Shown: positions 7,286-17,651, counted from the stretch's first letter. The stretch: 64,000 nucleotides of DNA from an uncultured Peptoniphilaceae bacterium (GCA_964346245.1 CAYFUF010000005.1:250-64249), one strand, 5' to 3'. Notes: a model not told the origin generated them from the sequence alone. Made by a program: numbers and translations.

Positions 7286-9982
7286 TTAAACGTCGTACCA
7301 AGACTTAGCAATGTCCATGTCAGCTACTAAATCTACCTCAAAGCTTCCTACTTTTTCCATCAAATCCACAATCAATTGACCAACCTCATCGGCTTCCTCT
7401 TCGGGCGCCTCGATGATAAGTTCATCGTGAACCTGTAGAACCAGGCGGGACTTATAACCTCTTTGCTCCAGCTCTTTATCTACTCTATTCATGGCAATCT
7501 TAATGATGTCTGCAGCCGTGCCCTGGATTGGAGTATTCAAAGCAATCCGTTCACCAAAGTTTCTGATGCTGAAATTCTTACTGGTTAGCTCTGGTATACT
7601 CCTCCTTCTGCCGTAGAAAGTATCCACGTATCCATCCTCTTTAGCCTGTTCGACGATATGTTCCATATAAGCTTTAATCTGAGGATAGGCATTCTTGTAG
7701 TTGTCGATATATTCCTTAGCCTCCTTCCGGCTGATTCCCAGATCTTGAGAAAGGCCGTAATCGCTGATTCCGTAGATAATACCGAAGTTAACTGCCTTGG
7801 CATGGGATCTTTCCAGTGGAGTCACCTCTTCAATAGGTTTGTGCCCCACTTCAGAAGCTGTTTTGGCATGGATATCTTGACCCTCCTTGAAAGCCTGAAT
7901 CATCGCCTTATCCTGGGCAAGTGAGGCTAACACCCGCAGTTCAATTTGGGAGTAATCAGCATCGATTAAGACATGTCCAGGCTTAGCCACAAATACCGCC
8001 CTGAGCTTTCTTCCCTCCTCGGTGCGAATAGGAATGTTCTGTAGATTGGGCTCGGTTGAAGAAATACGACCAGTGGCGGCCACCGTTTGTCGGAAGATCG
8101 ATCTAATACGCTTATCCTCGTCGATATAGGGTTTGAGCCCTTCAACATAGGTGCTCATGAGCTTGGATAACTGGCGATACTGCAAAATCTCTGGAATGAT
8201 GGGCGAAACATGCTTAAGCCCTTCCAAAACATCAGCAGCGGTCGAGTAACCTGTCTTAGTTTTTTTGCCATGCGGTAGGCCCATCTCCTCGAAAAGAATA
8301 TCGCCCAGTTGCTTAGGTGAATTGATATTGAACTCATGACCAGCTTGGTCATAGATGTTCTTTTCAATCTCTTTCAGCCTGGCACTGAAATCTACATGTA
8401 AGTCATCAAGGACACTGGCATCCGCTTCTATGCCTACCTCTTCCATTCGGGCTAAAACTTTGGCTAATGGATTTTCGATTGTCCGGTAAAGATCAACCAT
8501 ATTCAGTCCATCAAGCTCATCTCGAAGGATGGGCGCAGCCTGCTCCAAAACCTGCAGAGCTGACCCGCAATAGTCCAGCAGGTCCCCTTCTTCCACTTGG
8601 TCAAACTCTTTTTTCTTCTTGCCCTTGCCAAGAAGCATTTCCAGAGTTGAGATATTCATGTTTAGCGCCCGATCAGCTAAATCTGCTATGGTGTAGCTCG
8701 TCCTTGAAGGATCAATCAAATACTCCATCAGCATGACATCCTCGTACAGGCCATCAAAATCGATAGCAATTTTTTTCAGTAAGACAATATCTTTCTTGAC
8801 ACCGTAGCAAAGCTTCTTAATGCGTTCCTCTTGGAAAATAAAACCGAAGGCCTTCTTAAAGGAGTCCTCATCGAAAGCGCTAGGCTCAGTTAAATCGATT
8901 AGTCTAGTTTCTTTCCCTTTGGGTTTCAGCGCCACATAGAGCGGTTTAGCTTGGATGTAGTTGTCTTGGCTTGACAAAACCATCATGGCTAGCTCGCCAG
9001 CCTTCTCCACTTCTTCAATAAAGGCATCAGTCTCCGCTTCTTCCAACCAATGGGCTTGGAACACTTCCGTCTCTTCCGCCTCTGTTTCAAGAGCAAATTT
9101 CTCTGCTAAACTGTTAAACTCTAAGCGTTGGAAACGGTCTTTTAAAAGGACTTGGTTTGGCTCTGTAACAGCAAAATCCTCCGTCTTTAGTTCCATGGGG
9201 ATCTCAGTGAAGATAGTGCCTAGCCGCTTGCTCAGTAAAGCCAGCGCATAGTTGTTCTCAAGGTTTTCCTTAAGCTTCTTACCAGAGATATCCTCTAGGT
9301 GGTCATAGACCCCTTCCAAAGACCCATATTCTTTGATTAGCTTCAAGGCGGTCTTTTCCCCAACCCCAGGCACGCCAGGTATATTATCTGAAGTGTCTCC
9401 TTGTAGACCCTTCACGTCAATGAGTTGTGCTGGATCGACACCATACTTATCCCTCACGTAATCTTCATCGACAATCTCTAAATCAGTAATTCCTCTCTTG
9501 GTGTATAGAACCTTGGTGTTAAAGTCTACCAGCTGAAAGTAGTCCCGATCCCCTGTGAGTAAGAAATTTTCAATATTCTTGTCTTCATTCTGCTTAGCTA
9601 GTGTGCCGATGATGTCATCAGCTTCATAGGAGTCCATATCTATATGCTTGATGTTTAAGGCATCCAAGACATCTTTCAATATACCAAATTGGGCGCTGAG
9701 CTCTTCGGGCGCCTTATCCCTAGTGCCCTTATATTCCTCATAGTCTTTTGTTCTAAATGTTGGCCCGCTGCGGTCAAAAGCAACCATCACGTAGGCAGGC
9801 TTAATCATCTCAACAGCCTTCGCATACATGGTTAAAAACCCATAGACCCCATTGGTATAGATACCATCCTTAGTCGTCAGGTTCTTAATCGCATAAAAAG
9901 CTCGAAATAATAGGCTGGACCCATCTATCAGTAGAAAATGCCTCTTATCTTCCTGTTTCACTTGCTGATCTTTTATTGCCAT
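7286..9982 (-). CDS. polA: DNA polymerase I
   Basis: The 955-aa ORF runs upstream over a tRNA gene, so I trimmed it to ATG 9982 (MAIKDQQVK..., RBS GAGGAGGA). The 898-aa product has a 5'-3' exonuclease N-terminus (LLIDGSSLLFRAFYA) and the polymerase motifs DYSQIELRVLA and QVHDELI. Confidence 0.93.
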   Translation of the reverse strand: MAIKDQQVKQEDKRHFLLIDGSSLLFRAFYAIKNLTTKDGIYTNGVYGFLTMYAKAVEMIKPAYVMVAFDRSGPTFRTKDYEEYKGTRDKAPEELSAQFGILKDVLDALNIKHIDMDSYEADDIIGTLAKQNEDKNIENFLLTGDRDYFQLVDFNTKVLYTKRGITDLEIVDEDYVRDKYGVDPAQLIDVKGLQGDTSDNIPGVPGVGEKTALKLIKEYGSLEGVYDHLEDISGKKLKENLENNYALALLSKRLGTIFTEIPMELKTEDFAVTEPNQVLLKDRFQRLEFNSLAEKFALETEAEETEVFQAHWLEEAETDAFIEEVEKAGELAMMVLSSQDNYIQAKPLYVALKPKGKETRLIDLTEPSAFDEDSFKKAFGFIFQEERIKKLCYGVKKDIVLLKKIAIDFDGLYEDVMLMEYLIDPSRTSYTIADLADRALNMNISTLEMLLGKGKKKKEFDQVEEGDLLDYCGSALQVLEQAAPILRDELDGLNMVDLYRTIENPLAKVLARMEEVGIEADASVLDDLHVDFSARLKEIEKNIYDQAGHEFNINSPKQLGDILFEEMGLPHGKKTKTGYSTAADVLEGLKHVSPIIPEILQYRQLSKLMSTYVEGLKPYIDEDKRIRSIFRQTVAATGRISSTEPNLQNIPIRTEEGRKLRAVFVAKPGHVLIDADYSQIELRVLASLAQDKAMIQAFKEGQDIHAKTASEVGHKPIEEVTPLERSHAKAVNFGIIYGISDYGLSQDLGISRKEAKEYIDNYKNAYPQIKAYMEHIVEQAKEDGYVDTFYGRRRSIPELTSKNFSIRNFGERIALNTPIQGTAADIIKIAMNRVDKELEQRGYKSRLVLQVHDELIIEAPEEEADEVGQLIVDLMEKVGSFEVDLVADMDIAKSWYDV

Positions 9983-10112
9983 GACTCCTCCTCGTTTTGC
10001 GGTTCTTGTCATTCTTCTTGGTAACTGCTTCTCAATAGCGGTAATAAAAAACACAGGCAATGCACATCTTCTTCCTATTGAAGTTAGCATTCCTGTGTTT
10101 GTTATAGTTGAG

Positions 10113-10196
10113 TGCTGGTGGTGGGACTTGAACCCACACGCCCCGAAGGACAACAGATTTTGAGTCTATCTCGTCTGCCGATTCCGACACACCAGC
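10113..10196 (-). tRNA. tRNA-Leu (anticodon CAA), type II, CCA not encoded
   Basis: Reverse complement is GCTGGTGTGTCGGAATCGGCAGACGAGATAGACTCAAAATCTGTTGTCCTTCGGGGCGTGTGGGTTCAAGTCCCACCACCAGCA. Acceptor stem is GCTGGTG/CACCAGC. Anticodon loop is CTCAAAA. T-arm is GTGGG-TTCAAGT-CCCAC. Confidence 0.88.
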
Positions 10197-10213
10197 AATA
10201 GTGTTACCGAATC

Positions 10214-10242
10214 ATCGTACCAAAAAAGGAATGATTTTACAA
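10214..10242 (-). promoter_or_regulatory. Candidate promoter for tRNA-Leu(CAA)
   Basis: Minus strand reads TTGTAA-17 nt-TACGAT, with TGg immediately upstream of the -10 (extended -10 type). Confidence 0.5.
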
Positions 10243-10354
10243 GTTTTCTCTCTTAGATTTTATCATAAGTTAAGTTAAGCTTCCCCCCTAATCTGCAATC
10301 TCTTCTTTTTATGGAACTAGTCGAAAAAAGGAACATGTTGGGCCACCCAAAGAA

Positions 10355-10383
10355 TTGCTTTAGGTATTTTCTTTGCCTACAAT
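10355..10383 (+). promoter_or_regulatory. Candidate promoter for the UvrD-like helicase gene
   Basis: TTGCTT-17 nt-TACAAT, 20 nt upstream of ATG 10403. RBS AAGGAG follows. Confidence 0.55.
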
Positions 10384-10402
10384 ATAAAGGTAAGGAGTAG
10401 AT

Positions 10403-12286
10403 ATGAAATTTACAGATTCCCAAAGACAAGCAATTGAACATGGCCAAGGTCCCTGCCTCGTTCTTGCCGTGCCAGGCGCCGGCAAGACGACAGTGCTTTT
10501 AAAGCGCCTTGAAGAACTCGTTTCCTCTGGCGTTGACCCCCGACGGATTGCCTCCATTACTTTCTCTAAGCAGCAGGCCTTGGACATGCATGAGCGTTTT
10601 CTAAAGAAGCTAGAAACCGACCCCAACCTTCAAGCATACAAAGCTAGCGACTTAACGTTCTCAACCATCCACGCCTTTTGCTATGGCATTATCAGGGCCT
10701 ATGCCAGAAAGATGAACAGTGAGATTTCCCTTATCGAAGGATCAGATAGCTACAACAAGTATCAGGTGGTTTCTCAACTCTTCCGTAATATCAACAAGCG
10801 CTACATTACTGAGGATGAGCTGGAATCTTTCTTCCGAATTGATGGCTACCTCAAGAACGCACTCGTAGATTACAAAACCTTCACCAACCGCTTCCATGAA
10901 AAGTTTACCAAATTTGAAGAAATATCCCGTGCTTATGCGGATTTTAAAGATAAGCATCAGCTGATTGATTTCGATGACATGTTAGTACGCACCTTACAAA
11001 TCTTCGAGAATGACCAGGAAATATTGGCCGGTTTGCAGAGTCGATACCAATACCTGCAGCTTGATGAAGCACAAGACACTTCCTTGATTCAGCTAAGAAT
11101 CATTCAAAAGATAGCACAACCAGAGAACAATCTTTTCATGGTGGCGGATGATGATCAGGCAATCTATGGTTTCCGAGGTGCCAACCCCTCTTACCTCCTC
11201 CAGTTTAAGGAGATCTATCCCCAGGCAAAGGTAATCTTGATGGAGGATAATTACCGGTCAAGCCGCAGCATCGTAGAGCTAAGTGCTAACTTTATCCAAA
11301 CCAATAAATCTAGGTATCGAAAGATTCCCCAGACCAAAGACCAAGAGGATAGTAAGATACAAATAATGATTGCCAAATCATTGAAGGCCCAGCTGCAAAA
11401 GATAAGCCAAGAACTACCCGATGATATAGATAAGGGTAGCGTAGCTATCCTCTTTCGCAACAATTTGTCCATGGTCGCTTTAATCGATGAGCTGGATAGG
11501 CAGTCCATCCCTCTCTCCGTTCGTGCTAAAGGGCAGACCTTCTATCAGCACCCTGTCTTAAAGGATATACAAGACATGCTCCAGTTTGCCAAGGACCCCA
11601 GTGACCTTAGCTTGTTTAGCCGCATCTACTACAAGCTGAATAGCTACTTGAAGCGAACCTTTATCGAAGAGATGGCTGAAATGAGTTCTTATGCCAGTGT
11701 ATTTGACCGCATGCGGCAACTGGACGGAACACAAAACACCTTCTACCGAGAGAAGATAGACCACTTAGCAGATAGCTTTGCTTTAATTGACAAACAAACT
11801 AAGCTATCTTATGCCATCGATATTATCACCACCAGCCTGGGTTATGGCAAATACCTATCGGAAAAAGCGAGACGAGAATCGACAGCGGTCGACTCCAATC
11901 AGCGGGTCGTGGAAACCTTAAAAATAATTAGCAGAGACTTATCAACGCCGGATAGTTTACACCGTCGGCTCGTCCAATTACAGGACATAGAAAAAAACAC
12001 CTTTGCTCAGAAGGGGGTTGTCCTCTCGACTATACATGGATCAAAGGGGCTGGAGTATGACACGGTCTGGGTAGTTGATCTTATTCAAGAAGAGTTTCCT
12101 TCAACGACAGCTTTAGAAATGGACGAGGCCGGAGATAGCTATCTCTTAGAGGAAGAGCGAAGGCTCTTTTATGTGGCCATGACCAGGGCAAAGAAGCGTT
12201 TGAAGCTAATCGGACGCAAGTCAGTCAATGGGAAAGCTTGTGCTTATTCCCAGTTCATCAAAGAGTTAATGAATAAGAAGAAATAG
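10403..12286 (+). CDS. UvrD/Rep/PcrA-family ATP-dependent DNA helicase (short paralog)
   Basis: 627 aa. Walker A is AVPGAGKTT, motif II is LQLDEAQDTS, and the C-terminal helicase motifs are TIHGSKGLEYD and LFYVAMTRAK. Confidence 0.88.
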   Translation: MKFTDSQRQAIEHGQGPCLVLAVPGAGKTTVLLKRLEELVSSGVDPRRIASITFSKQQALDMHERFLKKLETDPNLQAYKASDLTFSTIHAFCYGIIRAYARKMNSEISLIEGSDSYNKYQVVSQLFRNINKRYITEDELESFFRIDGYLKNALVDYKTFTNRFHEKFTKFEEISRAYADFKDKHQLIDFDDMLVRTLQIFENDQEILAGLQSRYQYLQLDEAQDTSLIQLRIIQKIAQPENNLFMVADDDQAIYGFRGANPSYLLQFKEIYPQAKVILMEDNYRSSRSIVELSANFIQTNKSRYRKIPQTKDQEDSKIQIMIAKSLKAQLQKISQELPDDIDKGSVAILFRNNLSMVALIDELDRQSIPLSVRAKGQTFYQHPVLKDIQDMLQFAKDPSDLSLFSRIYYKLNSYLKRTFIEEMAEMSSYASVFDRMRQLDGTQNTFYREKIDHLADSFALIDKQTKLSYAIDIITTSLGYGKYLSEKARRESTAVDSNQRVVETLKIISRDLSTPDSLHRRLVQLQDIEKNTFAQKGVVLSTIHGSKGLEYDTVWVVDLIQEEFPSTTALEMDEAGDSYLLEEERRLFYVAMTRAKKRLKLIGRKSVNGKACAYSQFIKELMNKKK

Positions 12287-12329
12287 AAAAACCCAAGGGC
12301 AGCTAATAAAGCAGGCTCTTGGGTCTTTT
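12287..12329. terminator. Bidirectional intrinsic terminator between convergent genes
   Basis: ACCCAAGGGC...GCTCTTGGGT (10-bp stem with one G-T), flanked by an A-run on the left and a T-run on the right. Confidence 0.7.
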
Positions 12330-12350
12330 ATCGTTCGACTATGTAGCTTA

Positions 12351-12908
12351 CTAAACCGCTCCCTCGGGTCGTTTCGATCGGTGGGCATCCTTACGATTCG
12401 CTGTAACCAGCTCATCAAAAGTTAATGGTTTAAAATTGGTGACATCAACTCCGCAGTTTAGGGCCTTGGGTAGCTCTTGGACTCGCCTCTGGGTGAGGGA
12501 GTCGTGATTATGTATGTGACCAAAGAGGTGCCAGCTACCGTAATAGAAGCCATCCCACTCCAAAAGAGGATAGTGGAAAAGCACAAGGCGATGATGGTTA
12601 TCTTTCACCACCAGATAATCGCAAACTTCAACAAAATAGTCATGCAAGCGCGGATTGTCCTTAATCATGCAGTCATGATTGCCACAAACTAAGTGCAGGC
12701 GGCCCTTTAATCTCTTCAAATAGTGCTCTGGCTCATCGCTTCGATAAATGAGGTCTCCAACGATATATACATCATCCCAATCCTGAACCACCCGGTTCCA
12801 GTTCGCAATCATCTTTTCATCCATCTCACTCACACTGGTGAATGGGCGATAACTAAAGTCGATCACTTTCTTGTCGCCGAAATGACAGTCGGCGATATAG
12901 TAATTCAT
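12351..12908 (-). CDS. Metallophosphoesterase (calcineurin-like)
   Basis: 185 aa carrying DCHFG, VGDLIY, CGNHD and GHIH metal-ligand motifs in the canonical order. Confidence 0.8.
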   Translation of the reverse strand: MNYYIADCHFGDKKVIDFSYRPFTSVSEMDEKMIANWNRVVQDWDDVYIVGDLIYRSDEPEHYLKRLKGRLHLVCGNHDCMIKDNPRLHDYFVEVCDYLVVKDNHHRLVLFHYPLLEWDGFYYGSWHLFGHIHNHDSLTQRRVQELPKALNCGVDVTNFKPLTFDELVTANRKDAHRSKRPEGAV

Positions 12909-12940
12909 GCCTTCCTCTTCCTAAGTGTCCGATACATCAA

Positions 12941-13672
12941 TTAAAGTTCGTCTGTGCCCTCGCCCACTTGTTTGAGGAGGTTAATTTCTTCTTCGTTCAA
13001 AGGCCTGTATTCTCCCTCTCCTAGTTGGTCATCGAGGTGTAGGGGGCCCATGGATAATCTTCTTAATTCTATTACTTCTTTACCACAAAACGCAAACATC
13101 CTTTTCACCTGGTGATATTTACCTTCCATGATTGTTACTCTAGCGAGACGGTCTTCAAGTATCTCTAAGTGAGCAGCCTGTGTTAAGACCTTTTCCGGTT
13201 CAAGATAAAAGCCTTTCTGAAAGGCTTCAACATCATCACTGCTTAAATCATTATCGACCACAGCTTCATAAGTCTTTGGGACTTTCTTTTTTGGCGATAG
13301 CAGTTCATGTGCTAACCGACCATCATCTGTTATCAGTAAAAGCCCAGTGGTATCCTTGTCTAGGCGTCCTACTGGGAAGACCTCCCGCTTGCGGTCATCA
13401 TCATCCAATAGATCAAGCACCGTATCTCTTCGATCTCGAGTTGCTGTGATTACTCCTTTGGGCTTATTCAGCATGTAATAGACATAGGCCTGGTAAGCAA
13501 TGATTTCATTGTTCAAACTGATTTCATCTTCAGTATCTACTATTTTCTTCGCTAATGTCTCTACCTGTCCATTTACGGCAACTAAGCCCTTACTAATATA
13601 ATCCTTGACTTCCTTGCGGGAACCTAGGCCCATATTGGCAAGATACTTATCCAGTCTAACTCTCATGGTCAT
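12941..13672 (-). CDS. rsuA: RsuA-family rRNA pseudouridine synthase
   Basis: Start trimmed to ATG 13672 (MTMRVRLDKY...; ATG 13666 is an alternative). It has an S4 domain (RLDKYLANMGLGSRKEVK) and the catalytic motif PVGRLDKDTTGLLL. It overlaps the end of xpt. Confidence 0.85.
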   Translation of the reverse strand: MTMRVRLDKYLANMGLGSRKEVKDYISKGLVAVNGQVETLAKKIVDTEDEISLNNEIIAYQAYVYYMLNKPKGVITATRDRRDTVLDLLDDDDRKREVFPVGRLDKDTTGLLLITDDGRLAHELLSPKKKVPKTYEAVVDNDLSSDDVEAFQKGFYLEPEKVLTQAAHLEILEDRLARVTIMEGKYHQVKRMFAFCGKEVIELRRLSMGPLHLDDQLGEGEYRPLNEEEINLLKQVGEGTDEL

Positions 13673-14270
13673 CTTTCTTTTTATGCTGATCGGGATCAGC
13701 GAAGACGACAGAGTTATTCTCCGGGTCCATAGACTCCACAATAGCTAAGCTATCAACAATCCAGCCTTGTTCCCTCAAGTTCTTACCACCTTCTTGGAAA
13801 CCCTTCTCGATAGCAATACAGATGCCGACTGGGGTCGCCCCGGCTTGCTCGCAGATAGACAATAAACCGTCCATGGCAAAGCCATTGGCTAAAAAGTCAT
13901 CCACTAAAAGCACCTTATCATGCTCATGGAGGAATCTCTTTTCTACTAGAGATGTGCGAATAGTTTGTTGTGTATAAGATCGAACTTGTGCGGTATAGAC
14001 GTCGTCGCCAACATTTAAGGTCTTTGCCTTCTTTGCGAAGACTAAAGGCACATTTAGCTTGCGGGCAACAGGATAAGCGATGGCAATACCAGAACTTTCA
14101 ATCGTCAATACCTTATTAATCTCTTTATCTTTAAAATGCTCAACCCATTCATCGGCCATCAGCTCTAAGAGCTCGGTATCGATCTGTTGGTTAATAAAAC
14201 TGTCCACCCGAAGGACTTCTCCAGGTAGAACGATAGCATCTTCTAAAATTCGCTCCTCTAGTATTTTCAT
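13656..14270 (-). CDS. xpt: Xanthine phosphoribosyltransferase
   Basis: 204 aa. The N-terminus MKILEERILEDAIVLPGEVLRVDSFINQQID is typical of Xpt, and the PRPP motif VLLVDDFLANG is present. Confidence 0.9.
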   Translation of the reverse strand: MKILEERILEDAIVLPGEVLRVDSFINQQIDTELLELMADEWVEHFKDKEINKVLTIESSGIAIAYPVARKLNVPLVFAKKAKTLNVGDDVYTAQVRSYTQQTIRTSLVEKRFLHEHDKVLLVDDFLANGFAMDGLLSICEQAGATPVGICIAIEKGFQEGGKNLREQGWIVDSLAIVESMDPENNSVVFADPDQHKKKDDHES

Positions 14271-14298
14271 AATTCCTCCTTTGAAAAATCGTCTATCA

Positions 14299-14324
14299 TG
14301 CCCCTATTGTAGCGAATAGGGGCA
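14299..14324 (-). terminator. Strong hairpin between the regulator gene and xpt (terminator-like, weak U-tract)
   Basis: TGCCCCTATT-6 nt-AATAGGGGCA, a perfect 10-bp stem. The T-run only begins 11 nt further downstream on the minus strand (TGATAGACGATTTTT). Confidence 0.4.
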
Positions 14325-14350
14325 CAATCAACAATGTTTTTGCTAATTCT

Positions 14351-15070
14351 TTAGACTCCTTTTTCCTCAAGGATGAAATTACGGCTGAAGATGTAGCCTT
14401 TTCCCCACTTCGTTTGGATCTTATGCGCTAAGCCGTAGCGCTCCAACTTTGCTCGCAGGCGGCGGATAAAAACATCCACCGTCCGAATGTTGGTTGGCGC
14501 ATCTTGAGACCACACACTAGCAGCAATCTGCTCTCTCGTGAGCAATTGATCCTCGTTTTGTATGAAGTATAAGAGCAGGTGAAACTCTTTATGTGTTAGA
14601 TTGATGATCTCGTTATTAACGCGGACTTCTTGTTTGGCTAAGACCACCTGAATCTCACCCCGCTCCAACACATAATCGAGATTGATCTCACGCCTATTAT
14701 GGGGTTCGTTCTGATCTATTCTTCGTAGAATAGCTCTGATTCGAGCTTTTAGCTCCATCAGGTTGATGGGATAACACATGTAATCGTCTGCCCCGTACTC
14801 CAAACTCAAGACAATGCTTTTTGATTCATGATCTTCGGAAAGAACGAGAACTGGAACTTGGTCGACTTCCGCTTTTTGCCTGAGGAAATCTAGGGAAGTT
14901 CCATCACAGAAATCATTGCCCAATAAGCAAACTGTATAGTTATCCTTAATAAGTTCTTGCAGCGCCTTAGCTATTGTTCTGACTGCTACAACTCGATCAC
15001 CATCATATTCGAAGCTGTAAAGCATGTCTCTAACTAGTTCGCTATCTTTATGTAATACTAGTATGTTCAT
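14351..15070 (-). CDS. OmpR/PhoB-family DNA-binding regulator with a degenerate (pseudo-)receiver domain
   Basis: Start trimmed to ATG 15070 (MNILVLHKDSE, RBS GAGG). The C-terminal winged helix is typical (LTHKEFHLLLYF..., RTVDVFIRRLRAKL, KWGKGY). In the receiver, the acidic pair is HK, the phospho-Asp position aligns to LLGND, and the conserved Lys is Tyr (ADDYMCYPI). Confidence 0.85.
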   Translation of the reverse strand: MNILVLHKDSELVRDMLYSFEYDGDRVVAVRTIAKALQELIKDNYTVCLLGNDFCDGTSLDFLRQKAEVDQVPVLVLSEDHESKSIVLSLEYGADDYMCYPINLMELKARIRAILRRIDQNEPHNRREINLDYVLERGEIQVVLAKQEVRVNNEIINLTHKEFHLLLYFIQNEDQLLTREQIAASVWSQDAPTNIRTVDVFIRRLRAKLERYGLAHKIQTKWGKGYIFSRNFILEEKGV

Positions 15071-15110
15071 AATAAACCTCAATTTCAACAAACTCTAGAA
15101 TACAAAACCA

Positions 15111-15122
15111 TCCAACGTTGGA
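15111..15122. repeat. Perfect 12-bp palindrome TCCAACGTTGGA in the regulator gene leader
   Basis: Read directly. It lies about 41 nt upstream of ATG 15070 and about 9 nt downstream of a minus-strand TATAAT at 15132..15137. Confidence 0.6.
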
Positions 15123-15202
15123 ATGTATTTAATTATACCTAGTATTACTCTACCATGATAGCCTTATTTTTTCTATAATTATTGCATAATTTTTTATAAT
15201 TA

Positions 15203-15649
15203 CTACTTATTATCGATGTCGGCATAGAAGTCCATCAACTTCTGGATTACCTCCCCATGCTTTCGGTAAAAACTACTTTTTGAAATGTACAAGCGGTTGC
15301 AGATTTGGTGAACTTGGTATCGATCAAAGTATCTCATGCTAATAAGATTAAGATCATACTCATTCAGCTGCAGCAGCAATAGCTTAGTCATCTCGGTTTC
15401 ATCCCTCAGACGTTCTAGCAAAGTAGATATGTTCTGCTTTTCATCAAGTAGTCTCTCTTGGATTGACTGCTCGCTAGGTTTGCTTTTGGACAAGCCTAGA
15501 TTAGGACTGGACACACCCCCATCATTCGCTCTGGAAGAATAATCCAATTGCCACTCCTTAATCATTTCATCTTGTTCGAGTCTCTGTAATCGTAGTTCAT
15601 TTGACCGGTAGTTGTACAACAGTTGCATAATTCGCTTCTTTAAATCCAT
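15203..15649 (-). CDS. Small ArpU/RinA-like or sigma-70-region-4-like transcription factor
   Basis: Start trimmed to ATG 15649 (MDLKKRIMQLLYNY, RBS AGGAGGA), giving 148 aa. The C-terminal HTH (LISMRYFDRYQVHQICNRLYISKSSFYRKHGEVIQKL) resembles sigma region 4, as in phage late activators. No phage genes are nearby. Confidence 0.6.
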   Translation of the reverse strand: MDLKKRIMQLLYNYRSNELRLQRLEQDEMIKEWQLDYSSRANDGGVSSPNLGLSKSKPSEQSIQERLLDEKQNISTLLERLRDETEMTKLLLLQLNEYDLNLISMRYFDRYQVHQICNRLYISKSSFYRKHGEVIQKLMDFYADIDNK

Positions 15650-15718
15650 ATAATCCTCCTTGCGAAATGTAGTAACCAATACTATATATTGCATATTTAT
15701 GTAGCAATTTACAGGAAT

Positions 15719-15752
15719 ATTATAGCACTGTGACAGGTCAGAAACGTCCCAA
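15719..15752 (-). promoter_or_regulatory. Candidate promoter of the sigma-like gene: TTGGGACGTT-N18-TATAAT
   Basis: Minus strand reads AAATTGGGACGTTTCTGACCTGTCACAGTGCTATAAT. The -10 is about 70 nt upstream of ATG 15649. The same motif and spacing recur at 59024..59057. Confidence 0.45.
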
Positions 15753-15897
15753 TTTGCTTATCTGAGTACCATAGTTAACGCTTTTTGTCCCTAAAAACTT
15801 AAATTTAACATTTCTACAAGCAGTACTATTAGTACTATTCCTGTTATAGTCTTAGCCAGCCCAAAACACGGATAAGAGACCTGCTTAAATAAGGCAC

Positions 15898-15933
15898 AAA
15901 AAAAAGTTGGTCAAAGTAAAACCTAGACCAACT
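15898..15933 (-). terminator. Intrinsic terminator after groEL
   Basis: AGTTGGTC-13 nt-GACCAACT followed by T8 on the minus strand. Confidence 0.75.
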
Positions 15934-15963
15934 TTTTAATTTACCTTTTAAGGTGTTTAGTAA

Positions 15964-17610
<1,647 letters not shown>

Positions 17611-17651
17611 TTAACAAGTCTTCAATTGGTTTGCATCTGCTAAACTACAGT

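Noticed and set aside
9983-10153. Upstream extension of the polA ORF (955-aa version), and similar long extensions of other ORFs: 2894-2950, 13673-13741, 15071-15091, 15650-15694, 19995-20066, 21405-21533, 23622-23690, 46065-46127, 47907-47963, 52446-52466, 58868-58906, 59760-59936, 62505-62549
   Set aside because: The extensions run over a tRNA gene, terminator hairpins or the neighbouring gene. They lack an RBS and have non-protein-like sequence. Internal ATGs with good Shine-Dalgarno sites give family-typical N-termini.
5316-10196. tRNA-Leu genes as integration hot spots for a genomic island
   Set aside because: There is no integrase, no direct repeat of the tRNA 3' end that I could see, and the flanking genes are core housekeeping (rnf, SLT, coaE, polA).
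14271-14350. Purine (guanine/xanthine) riboswitch expected upstream of xpt
   Set aside because: Only 80 nt separate xpt from the upstream gene. They contain a single 10-bp hairpin and the RBS, and none of the conserved purine-aptamer loops are present.
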